A stretch of 64,000 nucleotides of DNA from Oscillospiraceae bacterium (GCA_017438745.1 JAFRUS010000093.1:3794-67793), one strand, 5' to 3'; shown: positions 45,860 through 55,922, numbered from the stretch's first letter. Program-made: numbers and translations. The notes: generated by a model from the sequence alone, not told the origin.

Positions 45860-46840
45860 TTGAATGAAAGGAATGATATGATGCCATCAGATTCTTCACG
45901 CAGAAGGAAACTTAAGCAGGACAGGTCAATGCTCATCGGAGCAGCTGCCGGTGTTGTGCTGCTGATAATTTTTATTATATGCGGTGCGGTTTCGGGTTCG
46001 AAAAAAGAAAAAGCCGGAGCAGATGATTCAGCAGTCAGCAAAAAGGTTATATCATCAAAGCTTGAATTTGAAAAGAAAGAAGTTCCGTACAGCGACATAA
46101 GCAAGGGAAGTCTTATCCTGGTAAATGACAGCCATCCTTATACATCAGTGACTGCAGGCGGAGCACTTGTAGATATCAGTTCAGAAAAGAACGAATACTA
46201 TTCCATCAGAAATACAGGCATGCAGATGAACGATCTGGCGCTGAAGAATTTCAACAGCATGCTGGAAGGATTCTATCAGGAATGTTCCAACAGGGACATT
46301 ATGATCACGGAAGCCTATGTTTCAGGTGATCGTCAGAATGTCATCTATAATCAGGCACTTGAAAATTCCAAAGTCGAAAGCAAGGGCGGATATTCCGAAC
46401 ATCAGACCGGACTTGCTGTGGATCTCGGAATTTATCCTGAGGAAGGAAAGTCATACCGTTACGTTCCTTCGGGTGACTATGCATGGATAAGAGACAACTG
46501 CACGAAGTACGGATTCATCCAGCGATACAAAGATGACAAGGCTGAGAACACAGGTATTACCGATCATGCTGAGCATTTCAGATACGTAGGTATTCCTCAT
46601 GCCTGGTACATGACGGAAAACGACCTTTCCCTTGAGGAATATCTTCAGGCTCTCAAGAAATATGCCTACGGCAGCAAGACTCTTAACGTTTCGTGCTTTG
46701 ACAAGGATTTCGAGATCTACTACATCCGTGCCAAAGACGAGACCGGAAGCGGAAATGTCGAACTTTACGTTCCGGTAAACTGTCAGTACAGTGTTTCAGG
46801 AAACAATGCGGACGGATTTATAGTTACAATAGAAAAATAA
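45860..46840 (+). CDS. VanY-like D-alanyl-D-alanine carboxypeptidase (peptidase M15B), membrane anchored
   Basis: N-terminal TM segment. Zn-ligand motifs SEHQTGLAVDL and AEHFRYVG. Confidence 0.75.
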   Translation: MNERNDMMPSDSSRRRKLKQDRSMLIGAAAGVVLLIIFIICGAVSGSKKEKAGADDSAVSKKVISSKLEFEKKEVPYSDISKGSLILVNDSHPYTSVTAGGALVDISSEKNEYYSIRNTGMQMNDLALKNFNSMLEGFYQECSNRDIMITEAYVSGDRQNVIYNQALENSKVESKGGYSEHQTGLAVDLGIYPEEGKSYRYVPSGDYAWIRDNCTKYGFIQRYKDDKAENTGITDHAEHFRYVGIPHAWYMTENDLSLEEYLQALKKYAYGSKTLNVSCFDKDFEIYYIRAKDETGSGNVELYVPVNCQYSVSGNNADGFIVTIEK

Positions 46841-46842
46841 AC

Positions 46843-46889
46843 AAGGCTGTGTGATCAGAGTTAAGATCACACAGCCTTTGCTGCTTTTT
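46843..46889 (+). terminator. Rho-independent terminator
   Basis: Stem aaggctgtgtgatc / gatcacacagcctt followed by tgctgcttttt. Confidence 0.7.
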
Positions 46890-47000
46890 AAATCTGATTT
46901 TGTGCAAAATCAGATTCGGGGTCCCGGGGCGAAGCCCCGAATAACAACAAACCGCATATCCGGCGGAGCAGGATATGCGGTCTTAAATTAATCATCTTTT
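46889..47000 (+). repeat. Modular repeat, copy F (divergent modules 1 and 3)
   Basis: aaatctgattttgtgcaaaatcagatt / tcccggggcgaagccccga / accgcatatccggcggagcaggatatgcggt / ttaattaatcatctttttt. The right end overlaps the stop and last codons of the 46988 gene. Confidence 0.7.
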
Positions 47001-47959
47001 TTCTCATCTTTAAGTATGCCGCGGTGTATTTTCTTAGCTATATACTGCGGTCTGCGCTTTGCTTCGGTATATGTCTTGGAAAGATAGATACCGCTTATTC
47101 CGTTACAGAAAAGCTGGATGCCGGCAATAAAGCACATGATACATGCAAGTGAAGGCCAGCCTTCAACCTTGTCACCGAAAATAAGTGCTCTTATGAAAAT
47201 GAAGCATACACCGATGAATGAAAGAATACAGAATATGATACCGATTATCGAAGAAACGGCAAGGGGAGCGGTGGAGAAAGCAACAACACCGTCAATGGCA
47301 TATATGAGCAGTCCCCAGAATGACCATTTTGTCTGACCGCCTGCACGTTCTCTGTTTTCAAAGGCAAGCCATTTTGTCTCGAATCCTACCCATGAGAAAA
47401 TACCCTTTGAGAAACGGTTGCATTCTGAAAGCGACATGATAGCGTCCACCATCTGACGGCTCATCATTCTGAAATCACGGGCACCGTCAACGATCTCGGT
47501 CTTTGATATCTTTGCCATGAGACTATAGAAACGCTTTGCGAACCATGATCTTATCGGAGGTTCACCGGTTCTTGTGTATCTTCTGGAAGCGACGCAGTCG
47601 TATTTCGGTTCAGTCTTGAGAATGCTGTACATTTCTTCAATAAGTTCAGGCGGATCCTGAAGGTCAGCATCGATTATAACGGTGTAGTCAGCGTCGGAAT
47701 TGTCAAGACCTGCATACATTGCAGCTTCCTTTCCGAAGTTTCTTGAAAAGCAGATGTAGCTTACACGCGGATTCTTTGCTGCGTATTCCTCAAGTACTTC
47801 AGCGGTCCTGTCCTTTGAACCGTCGTTTACAAAAAGGTATTCCATATCTATATCATATTTTTCGCGCATGCTCGCATAGACCTTTTCAATCTCAGTAATG
47901 AAAAGAGGAATGGTTTCCTCCTCATTGTAGCAAGGCACGATAACTGTGATTTTTTCCAT
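46988..47959 (-). CDS. GT2 polyprenol-phosphate glycosyltransferase (GtrB/CsbB/ArnC-like) with two C-terminal TM segments
   Basis: VIVPCYNEE, the DGSKD and DADLQDPPE motifs, and a C-terminal TM pair. AGGAGAG RBS before ATG 47959. Confidence 0.85.
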   Translation of the reverse strand: MEKITVIVPCYNEEETIPLFITEIEKVYASMREKYDIDMEYLFVNDGSKDRTAEVLEEYAAKNPRVSYICFSRNFGKEAAMYAGLDNSDADYTVIIDADLQDPPELIEEMYSILKTEPKYDCVASRRYTRTGEPPIRSWFAKRFYSLMAKISKTEIVDGARDFRMMSRQMVDAIMSLSECNRFSKGIFSWVGFETKWLAFENRERAGGQTKWSFWGLLIYAIDGVVAFSTAPLAVSSIIGIIFCILSFIGVCFIFIRALIFGDKVEGWPSLACIMCFIAGIQLFCNGISGIYLSKTYTEAKRRPQYIAKKIHRGILKDEKKDD

Positions 47960-48060
47960 TATTTCTCTCCTGTATAAAAGCATTTATAAAAATTATAACA
48001 CAGCGGTGGTATCAATTCAATAGTAAACGACAAATATATTTATCACTTTCTTTAATTCTA

Positions 48061-48089
48061 TTGACATTATAAGAAAAAGAATGTACACT
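48061..48089 (+). promoter_or_regulatory. Candidate promoter
   Basis: TTGACA, 17 nt, TACACT. Confidence 0.45.
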
Positions 48090-48107
48090 GAATATGTATG
48101 CGTTTAA

Positions 48108-48181
48108 GGAAACGATGATTTAACCGGAATCCGGCTTCGCCGGATTCCGGAGTCCCACGCTGATTTATGAATAAATCGGCG
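48108..48181 (-). repeat. Modular repeat, copy G (reverse, lacks the GGGGCGAAGCCCC module)
   Basis: ggaaacgatgatt / ccggaatccggcttcgccggattccgg / cccacgctgatttatgaataaatcggcg. Confidence 0.8.
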
Positions 48182-48216
48182 AACACATGTAAATTTGTAC
48201 ATCCCGGAGGTAGAAG

Positions 48217-50583
48217 ATGTCTTTATCGGTAGCCGCGTTTTTTATTAATATACTTCTGTATATTACAGCATCTGCGCTCGTTTTTGCAAATACGGAAAAG
48301 GGAAACAGCAAATGGATCTCCTTTGTAAAAGACAAGTCACGGAAAATTTTCATTTCCGGCATTGGTCTTTCCGTACTTCTCCTTATTCTCGATATTGCAG
48401 GAGTTGCTGATATGAGCGGATATAAAATGCTGGCTTTCGCTGATCTTATCGCATTTTTTATCGCCTGGTTTTCCGGAGCAAAAAAGATACCGGAAAAATA
48501 TGCAGATATTTCAGGAGTGCTGCTCAGGATAATAACAGTCAGCCTTGCACTTGAGATATTTGTTTTCAACTTAAATTCCGCACATCTTCTTTCAGACGGA
48601 TATCAGAAGACAGTCTTTGACCTGCATTCAGCTGAAGCGCAGAATTTTGACGCTGTATCAATGACAAACGAGAGCAGCGGACAGACTGTGCTTGAATATA
48701 AAAATATAAATATTCCGGTCGGAACACTGACATTCAATGCGTTTTCCGATAAAAAAAGCAAAGTGAGCTTTTCAGTGGATATGTCCGATGACACCAATTC
48801 CGGAAATTACAGATGGGGAGCTGCAAAAGCTGAAGTAATAAACGGAAACAAAAGAAGCCGTACTGTACCATGCAACTTCTCAGGAAAAGTACATGATATC
48901 AGATTCGTCTTCAGTACGGAAGACAATGAAAAGGTAACAGTAAGCAGCATAACTGCCAACGAACCGATGAAGTTCCGTTTTTCAATTATCCGATTTATGA
49001 TCATGCTCATGGCCGCATTTGCAGTTTATGCCCTTACATCTGAAAAGCTTCTGTTCAGACCGTATTCAGAAGTGCAGACAGCCACAGACAGAGTGGCAAT
49101 GGTCTTTACCATATGCCTTGTGGCTTTAGGACTTTTCATAACTAACATGGCAAGATACAATGATGCAAACCACAGTATTGCAAAGGATTTCGCTCTTGAA
49201 GGCGGAAACCAGATAACCCAGGAGATCGTTGATTCATTTGAACACGGCCGTGTGGATATAATGACCGAGATGAATCCGAAGCTTCTTGAACTGGAAAACC
49301 CATATGACTGGAGCCAGAGAACCGATGAAGTCGGAAGCTATCCTTGGGATCATCTTCTGTTTAACGGAAAATACTATTCCTACTACGGAATTGCACCTGT
49401 GCTTCTTGTTTTCCTGCCGTATCATCTTCTTACCGGCTACTATTTCCCGTCGGTATGGTCCGTATTCTTTTTCGGAATGTTCGGCATCATATTCCTTACG
49501 AAGTTTTATCTTTGTCTGGCCGATAAGTTTTTCAAGAAGATCAGTGCTTCACTTGTGCTCTCAGGATTTCTAATAATGCAGCTTTCATCAGGCATCCTTA
49601 TCTGCAACATATCACCTCTCTTCTATGAGGTAGCCCAGTCTGCAGGTTTTCTGTGTACAACAGCCGGCGCTTATTTCCTTATCAGTTCCGGTGTTATCGG
49701 AGAAGGAAAGATAAACAAGTTCCGCCTTGCAGTTTCCGGCGTATGGCTCAGCCTCGGCGTTCTCAGCCGTCCGACCATCGCAGTTTACTGCCTTGCAGCA
49801 ATGCTTCTCGTTTATGCAGGAGCTAAAAAACAGAATGCGCTCTATGATAAAAAGTCCGGGAAGAGCAGATTCATGTTTCTTCTTCCGTACCTTGCAGCTG
49901 CACTGGTACCGTACATGGTCATCGGTTCAGTTCAGGTCTGGTACAACATGGCGAGATTCGGAAATCCGCTTGACTTCGGCATACAGTATTCACTGACTAT
50001 CAACGACTTTACACAGTCTCAGTACCATACTCATTTTGCTGTTATCGGATTCCTGGCATTCCTTTTCCAGATGCCTTCATTCATTGAAAATTTCCCGTTT
50101 TTCAAAGCGGAAAGCATACATCTTTTTAATCCACAGGGATATTATTTTATTGCTACCGGTTCTGCTCTCGGACTTATCTGGAAAGCGCTCCCTGTTGCAG
50201 CGTACACAAAGTCACTGAAGGCTTACCGCCTTTCGGATAACAGTAACAAACGTCTTTACAGTCTTATTATTCTTGCAGTATGCATCATCTGTCCTTTCGC
50301 AGTTATTTTCTCTATCTGGGAAAGCGGATTTGCAGCAAGATACTGTGTTGACTTCATCTGGCAGATGATAACCGGCGCACTTGTCATATGCTTCATCGTT
50401 TACGACAACTGTGCGGCAAACACAAAGGTGCATCTAAACAAGCTTATGACTGCATCACTTGCACTCAGCGTAGTGATGAATACAGTTCAGACCTGGTCAT
50501 ACATCGGACCTGAGCAGGGATTCAGCACAGAGTGGCAGGCGAACGTGCTTTCATTTGCAAGACTGTTTGAATTCTGGAAATAA
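48217..50583 (+). CDS. Large polytopic membrane protein, candidate GT-C-fold glycosyltransferase (YfhO/ArnT-like role)
   Basis: 788 aa with many TM segments and a soluble loop of about 130 aa. It is flanked by two GtrB-like GT2 genes. The function is assigned by context only. Confidence 0.45.
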   Translation: MSLSVAAFFINILLYITASALVFANTEKGNSKWISFVKDKSRKIFISGIGLSVLLLILDIAGVADMSGYKMLAFADLIAFFIAWFSGAKKIPEKYADISGVLLRIITVSLALEIFVFNLNSAHLLSDGYQKTVFDLHSAEAQNFDAVSMTNESSGQTVLEYKNINIPVGTLTFNAFSDKKSKVSFSVDMSDDTNSGNYRWGAAKAEVINGNKRSRTVPCNFSGKVHDIRFVFSTEDNEKVTVSSITANEPMKFRFSIIRFMIMLMAAFAVYALTSEKLLFRPYSEVQTATDRVAMVFTICLVALGLFITNMARYNDANHSIAKDFALEGGNQITQEIVDSFEHGRVDIMTEMNPKLLELENPYDWSQRTDEVGSYPWDHLLFNGKYYSYYGIAPVLLVFLPYHLLTGYYFPSVWSVFFFGMFGIIFLTKFYLCLADKFFKKISASLVLSGFLIMQLSSGILICNISPLFYEVAQSAGFLCTTAGAYFLISSGVIGEGKINKFRLAVSGVWLSLGVLSRPTIAVYCLAAMLLVYAGAKKQNALYDKKSGKSRFMFLLPYLAAALVPYMVIGSVQVWYNMARFGNPLDFGIQYSLTINDFTQSQYHTHFAVIGFLAFLFQMPSFIENFPFFKAESIHLFNPQGYYFIATGSALGLIWKALPVAAYTKSLKAYRLSDNSNKRLYSLIILAVCIICPFAVIFSIWESGFAARYCVDFIWQMITGALVICFIVYDNCAANTKVHLNKLMTASLALSVVMNTVQTWSYIGPEQGFSTEWQANVLSFARLFEFWK

Positions 50584-50604
50584 ATTATATTAAGGAGTTA
50601 TATT

Positions 50605-51561
50605 ATGACTGAACCTGAAATACTCTACATGGTCGTTCCGTGCTACAACGAAGAGGCCGTGCTTCTTGAAACATCATCAAGACTAAAGGAAAAATACATC
50701 TCACTTATCGAGAGAAACCTGATATCAAAGGACAGCCGTATCGTTTTTGTAAATGACGGCTCAAAGGACAGTACATGGGAGATCATCTACGAACTTCATG
50801 AATCGGAACCGGAATTTTTCTCCGGCGTCAATCTTGCACACAATGCAGGTCATCAGAATGCGGTTCTTGCCGGACTCATGACAGTTAAGGACATCTGCGA
50901 CATGGCTATCACGATGGATGCCGACCTTCAGGACGACATCGACACCATTGATGCCATGGTGGAAAAATACTACGACGGCAATCAGGTGGTCTACGGTGTA
51001 AGAAATGCCAGGGACACCGATACTTTCTTCAAGCGTTTTACAGCTGAAAGCTTCTATAAATTCATGAAGGTAATGGGGGCAGATGTGGTCTACAACCATG
51101 CTGACTTCCGTCTCATGAGCAAACGCGTGCTTGCAGAGCTTGCAAACTTTAAGGAAGTGAACCTCTTCCTCCGCGGAATGGTACCGCTTATCGGTTTCAA
51201 GAGCTGCAGTGTTTACTACGAAAGACATGAACGTTTTGCCGGCGAAAGCAAGTATCCCCTCAAGAAAATGCTTGCCTTTGCAGTGAACGGTATCACATCT
51301 TTCAGCACAAAGCCGCTGAAGCTTATTACAACTCTCGGAAGCATAATGTCGTTTATAAGTATAGTCGCATTTATCTGGGCTTTCGTAGTCAAAATAATCG
51401 GCCATTCCGAAAAGGGCTGGTCAAGTACACTCTGTTCCATATGGCTCATCGGCGGTCTTCAGCTGCTGTGCCTTGGTATAATCGGTGAATATGTCGGTAA
51501 GATCTATGCTGAAGTAAAGCAGAGACCAAGATATATTATCGACAAATTCATCAACAAATAA
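50605..51561 (+). CDS. GT2 polyprenol-phosphate glycosyltransferase (GtrB/CsbB-like), second copy
   Basis: VVPCYNEE, DGSKD, DADLQDD and a C-terminal TM pair. Confidence 0.85.
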   Translation: MTEPEILYMVVPCYNEEAVLLETSSRLKEKYISLIERNLISKDSRIVFVNDGSKDSTWEIIYELHESEPEFFSGVNLAHNAGHQNAVLAGLMTVKDICDMAITMDADLQDDIDTIDAMVEKYYDGNQVVYGVRNARDTDTFFKRFTAESFYKFMKVMGADVVYNHADFRLMSKRVLAELANFKEVNLFLRGMVPLIGFKSCSVYYERHERFAGESKYPLKKMLAFAVNGITSFSTKPLKLITTLGSIMSFISIVAFIWAFVVKIIGHSEKGWSSTLCSIWLIGGLQLLCLGIIGEYVGKIYAEVKQRPRYIIDKFINK

Positions 51562-51579
51562 TTCAAAGGAGAATGATTA

Positions 51580-53970
51580 ATGGATAACAGACCAAGTTCG
51601 CGTAAAAAGAATGTCACCTCCGGCGGCACTGGTGCCCACAGAAGAGGAGACGGACTCGGAACAGGACCTGTAGGTTCTTCAGGCAGTTTTTCGTCACACA
51701 GCAGCGGCCACAGTTCTGCAGGAAAGGCTATAAAACGAGGCGGTATCGGCCTTCCGATCTTACTTATAGGCGGTTACCTTCTGCTTAAGTTTTTAGGCGG
51801 TTCAGGCGGCCTCGGAGATCTCGGAGACCTGGGCGGAGGACTCGACGTTTCTGATCTCATAGGCGGAAACAACGGTTTCACAGATTCATTTATGAATTCA
51901 GGAAGCAGCTCAGGCAGCGTCGGTTACTCAGCTGACTACTCTGCAGTTGATACTTCCGTAGCAGCAGGATCACGTGCAAAGAGAACAAACATTCTCGGAA
52001 ACGGCGCTGACCAGGTTACTCTTATGGTATATATGTGCGGTACAGACCTTGAGTCCAAGTACGGCATGGCTACAAACGACCTTCAGGAAATGGCTTCCGC
52101 AAAGTTCGGTGACAATGTAAATGTTATTGTCTACACAGGCGGATGCAGAGGCTGGAAAACAAACGGTATCAGCAGTTCATCAAACCAGATCTACAAGGTT
52201 GAGAGCGGCGGAATCAGATGCCTCGAAAAGAACATGGGTACAGGTGCCATGACTGATCCGGATACACTCACATCATTTATCAAGTACTGTGCTGAAAAAT
52301 ATCCGGCTAACAGAAACGACCTTATTCTCTGGGATCACGGCGGCGGATCAGTTTCAGGCTACGGCTACGACGAGATCAACAGAAACAAGGGTTCAATGGA
52401 TCTTTCAAAGCTTGACTCAGCACTTAAGAACGGCGGAGTAACTTTCGACTTCATCGGATTTGACGCATGCCTTATGGCTACTGCTGAAACAGCATTCGTT
52501 GCTGAAAAGTATGCCGACTATCTTATCGCATCTGAGGAAACAGAGCCGGGTATCGGCTGGTACTACAAGAACTGGCTTACAAGTCTCGGTGACAATCCTT
52601 CAATGTCAACACTCGACATCGGCAAGAACATCGTTGACGACTTTGTAAGCACATGTGCTTCACAGTGCCGCGGTCAGAAGACAACTCTTTCAGTTATCGA
52701 CCTTGCCGAGTTCATCAACACCGTTCCTTCAAAGATGAGCGGATTTGCTCAGTCAGTAAGTACAGAACTCAAAAACAAGAACTACAAGCAGATCTCAGAC
52801 GCAAGATACAACACAAGAGAATTTGCCCAGAGTTCAAGAATAGACCAGGTTGACCTCGTTCACCTTGCAAACAACATCGGAACACCGGAAGCAAAGGAAC
52901 TTGCTTCTGTTCTCAAGAGTGCCGTTAAGTACAACCAGACTTCAAGAGAAATGACTGAAGCTTACGGCGTATCTATCTATTTCCCTTACAAGGCAGCTTC
53001 AAAGGTTGACTCTGCATGCAATACAATGAACAAGATCGGTATGGACAATGACTACGCAAGCTGTATCAGACAGTTCGCTAGCCTTGAAACAAGCGGTCAG
53101 ATCGCAGCAGGCGGTTCAGCTGCTGGCTCACCGGTTTCATCACTTCTTGACAGCTTCATGCCTTCAGGTTCAGACCTTACTTCACAGCTCCTTTCAGGCG
53201 GTTCAGGTTCACTTGTAAATTCACTTCTCGGAAGCCTTACAGGCGGTTCCGTTGCAGGACTTGATCTTTCAAACATCGATTTCATGAAGGAAATGCCAAT
53301 GTCTGATGAAGATACAACAAACTATCTCTCAGCAAACATGATCGACACAAACAATCTCATCTGGAAGAATACAGGAGATAAGTACACAATCTCAATGTCA
53401 GAAAGCCAGTGGGCACTTGTTCATGAACTTGACAAGAACATGTTTTACGATGACGGCAGCGGATACATCGATCTCGGAACTGACAACGTATTCGACTTTA
53501 CAGATGCCGGTGACCTTGTTGCTGACACAGACAAGACATGGGTATCCATCAACGGCCAGCCTGTTGCGTACTATCACACTGATACAACAGATGACGGTAA
53601 GAATTTCACAGTTTCCGGTTACGTTCCTGCATTCCTCAACGGTGAAAGAGTAAACCTGATACTTGTTTTTGAGGACGGCAAAAACGGATTCATCGCAGGC
53701 GCTTCAACAGATTATATTGACGGTGAGACAGATGCAGTTGCCAAGAACCTTACCGAACTCAAAGCCGGCGATGAGCTTGATTTCGTATGCGACTATTACA
53801 CATACGACGGAGAATATGTTGATTCATACTACTTCGGTGAAAAGATGACAGTAACTTCTGATATGAAGGTAAGCGATACAGTTGTAGGCGACGGCGCAGT
53901 CAAGGTGCTCTACAGATTCACTGACATCTACAACCAGGAATACTGGACAGAAGCTATTGATGTAAAATAA
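51580..53970 (+). CDS. Membrane-anchored clostripain-family (peptidase C11) protein
   Basis: 796 aa. N-terminal basic and Gly-rich segment plus a TM. Catalytic dyad contexts LILWDHGGGS (His) and GFDACLMA (Cys). Confidence 0.75.
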   Translation: MDNRPSSRKKNVTSGGTGAHRRGDGLGTGPVGSSGSFSSHSSGHSSAGKAIKRGGIGLPILLIGGYLLLKFLGGSGGLGDLGDLGGGLDVSDLIGGNNGFTDSFMNSGSSSGSVGYSADYSAVDTSVAAGSRAKRTNILGNGADQVTLMVYMCGTDLESKYGMATNDLQEMASAKFGDNVNVIVYTGGCRGWKTNGISSSSNQIYKVESGGIRCLEKNMGTGAMTDPDTLTSFIKYCAEKYPANRNDLILWDHGGGSVSGYGYDEINRNKGSMDLSKLDSALKNGGVTFDFIGFDACLMATAETAFVAEKYADYLIASEETEPGIGWYYKNWLTSLGDNPSMSTLDIGKNIVDDFVSTCASQCRGQKTTLSVIDLAEFINTVPSKMSGFAQSVSTELKNKNYKQISDARYNTREFAQSSRIDQVDLVHLANNIGTPEAKELASVLKSAVKYNQTSREMTEAYGVSIYFPYKAASKVDSACNTMNKIGMDNDYASCIRQFASLETSGQIAAGGSAAGSPVSSLLDSFMPSGSDLTSQLLSGGSGSLVNSLLGSLTGGSVAGLDLSNIDFMKEMPMSDEDTTNYLSANMIDTNNLIWKNTGDKYTISMSESQWALVHELDKNMFYDDGSGYIDLGTDNVFDFTDAGDLVADTDKTWVSINGQPVAYYHTDTTDDGKNFTVSGYVPAFLNGERVNLILVFEDGKNGFIAGASTDYIDGETDAVAKNLTELKAGDELDFVCDYYTYDGEYVDSYYFGEKMTVTSDMKVSDTVVGDGAVKVLYRFTDIYNQEYWTEAIDVK

Positions 53971-54025
53971 GAGAAAATGCAGAATAGCTTCATTTCTCAG
54001 TGTGTTATTAAAATATTTAAGACAG

Positions 54026-54062
54026 TGCAGCGACTCCCGAAGCCGCTGCATTTGTTTTTTTA
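54026..54062 (+). terminator. Rho-independent terminator
   Basis: Stem tgcagcg / cgctgca followed by tttgttttttt. Confidence 0.75.
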
Positions 54063-54179
54063 TATGCGTCTGGCATTTACTTTTTCCTCCTGCTAATGTA
54101 TAATGAATACCAAAAGATCAACGCGCGAGTATTTGACGTAACCAAAGTACGGAATGGAACAAAAATCCTTGTAAAACTA

Positions 54180-54208
54180 TTGACAAGAATCGTTTGGTAT
54201 GTTATACT
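54180..54208 (+). promoter_or_regulatory. Sigma-A promoter of the small-ORF pair
   Basis: TTGACA, 17 nt, TATACT. Confidence 0.6.
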
Positions 54209-54283
54209 TAAAGCGAAAGGTGACGTTACCATTTGGAAGAGAAAAAAGTATATCAGTCATTAAAGTTAAAGGAGGAATAAATA

Positions 54284-54471
54284 TGGCATACACAACGAAT
54301 TATATAAAGCCAAGCATGGTTGGGCTTCCTGCAGATCTTGGAAAAGCTATATTTGAACAGATTTTAAATACTCCAAAACCGGATGATGAAAAATTAGAAG
54401 AGCAGGCAAATATGCTCGAAGAGGAAATGATAAGGATAAGATGTTTGGAAGATGAACATAGTTTTGTATGA
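54284..54471 (+). CDS. Small hypothetical protein (62 aa)
   Basis: AAAGGAGGA RBS directly upstream of ATG 54284. The track start at 54199 is an extension. Confidence 0.4.
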
Positions 54472-54483
54472 GGAACTGTAAAC

Positions 54484-54675
54484 ATGTGTGAAGCAATCAA
54501 AGGTATAAAAGAAGATGCATGGAATGCTGGAAATTTAAAAGGCGTAGAAACAGGTATTTATGATACACTTACTACTCTTGTAAATCAGGGAAAACTGTCA
54601 GTTTCAGATGCTGCGGAAACAGCTCATCTTACTGTACCTGAATTTATTGCAAAGACTGGACTTAAAATCGTATAA
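54484..54675 (+). CDS. Small protein resembling the C-terminal module of Rpn/PD-(D/E)XK transposase-like proteins
   Basis: 63 aa. MCEAIKGIKEDAWNAG...LSVSDAAETAHLTVPEF parallels MCNIGYAIETRAREEG...AKEAMDFLDIPEKD at the C-terminus of the 9-845 ORF. Confidence 0.4.
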   Translation: MCEAIKGIKEDAWNAGNLKGVETGIYDTLTTLVNQGKLSVSDAAETAHLTVPEFIAKTGLKIV

Positions 54676-54831
54676 TAAGCGTTTGTGGTTACGGCTGTAA
54701 AAGGTATCAGTTATCGCTTGCGATAACTGATGCTATTGATAAGCTGCCACAGGCAGCTCACCGATCCTCTTGCGGAAATGATGATTGTTCCGTAAGGGGA
54801 TTTCTATTTGAAAACACCGTGTTCCTTTCAA

Positions 54832-54860
54832 TTGACTACTTTACATTTTCATGATATAAT
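54832..54860 (+). promoter_or_regulatory. Sigma-A promoter of the HipA-like module
   Basis: TTGACT, 17 nt, TATAAT with an upstream TGa. Confidence 0.6.
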
Positions 54861-54986
54861 TTTAATAGAAAAAGCTTCACTTAATTTGTACAGAGTAAAT
54901 AGAAGATTTTTATTATTGATATCGTGAAGTAAAACAAGGGTAATAAATATCGACAATCCATGTTAGCGGATTATTAGCAGATAAAT

Positions 54987-55922
54987 ATGATAGAAAAAAT
55001 TGATTTTAATTTATGGAATGTTTCAGCAAAATTCTCTGAAGGAAGCGGTAGAAGTGAAAAACTATGGCTCGAATTTGAGAATCAGATAGGGCTTTTTAAA
55101 TTTCCGAAAACTCATAATGACGGTCAGATAACATATGAACATGTTTCTGAAAAACTTGCTTCTGATATAGCTAATGCAACAGGATTAAAGTGTGCTAAAG
55201 TAGATATTGGAAAGTATAATAATCGTGAAGGAAGCATGAGTTATCTGGTAATGAAGTATCCTAAAGAAGTTCTTCTTGAAGGTCTTGATCTTATAACTGT
55301 TCTTTATCCTCAGTACGATAGTGAGAAGCTTATCGATACAGAAAGCGGAAAAAAATATTCTTTCGAAATGACGTACAAAGCGTTAAGAATGATATCAGAT
55401 TTTCATCACATAGATATTAATATTTTGCTTGATGATTTTGTAAAGATACTTGTTTTCGATTTTTTGATTGGAAATTCAGACCGTCATCATTCAAACTGGG
55501 CATTAATTTATAACAGTGAGTTTTTTCGTTCACCTGAATTAAATGCAAATAATTACGCTCCGTATATATCACCTGTTTATGATAACGGATCTTCATTATG
55601 TGCTATTGAAAGAGAAGAAAACATTTTTTCTATTCTGAAAGATAAAAATCGCTTTAATGCTATGTGTACTACTAAATCAAAGTCGATGTTTTTTTCAGAC
55701 GAAGGCAAACGACTTACTCATCAGCAGCTTCTTGATTATCTGTTCGAAACTAAGAAAATCAAGTCCGATTTTCCTGAAATCATTTGTTCCACATTAACTG
55801 ATGAAATTTTGCTCAAAATACTAAGTGATTATGGAAATATATTAAGCGATCAAAGAATGACACTTGTTTATAAATTTCTAAGTGAGAAAATTCAATTATT
55901 AAAAAAATACGTGAAAGGATGA
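54987..55922 (+). CDS. HipA-family Ser/Thr kinase, kinase core only (HipT-like, lacks N-terminal subdomain 1)
   Basis: 311 aa. Catalytic loop IGNSDRHHSNW (Asp codon at 55479), the downstream VYDNGSS motif and a Gly-rich loop region SEGSGRSEK. Confidence 0.75.
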   Translation: MIEKIDFNLWNVSAKFSEGSGRSEKLWLEFENQIGLFKFPKTHNDGQITYEHVSEKLASDIANATGLKCAKVDIGKYNNREGSMSYLVMKYPKEVLLEGLDLITVLYPQYDSEKLIDTESGKKYSFEMTYKALRMISDFHHIDINILLDDFVKILVFDFLIGNSDRHHSNWALIYNSEFFRSPELNANNYAPYISPVYDNGSSLCAIEREENIFSILKDKNRFNAMCTTKSKSMFFSDEGKRLTHQQLLDYLFETKKIKSDFPEIICSTLTDEILLKILSDYGNILSDQRMTLVYKFLSEKIQLLKKYVKG

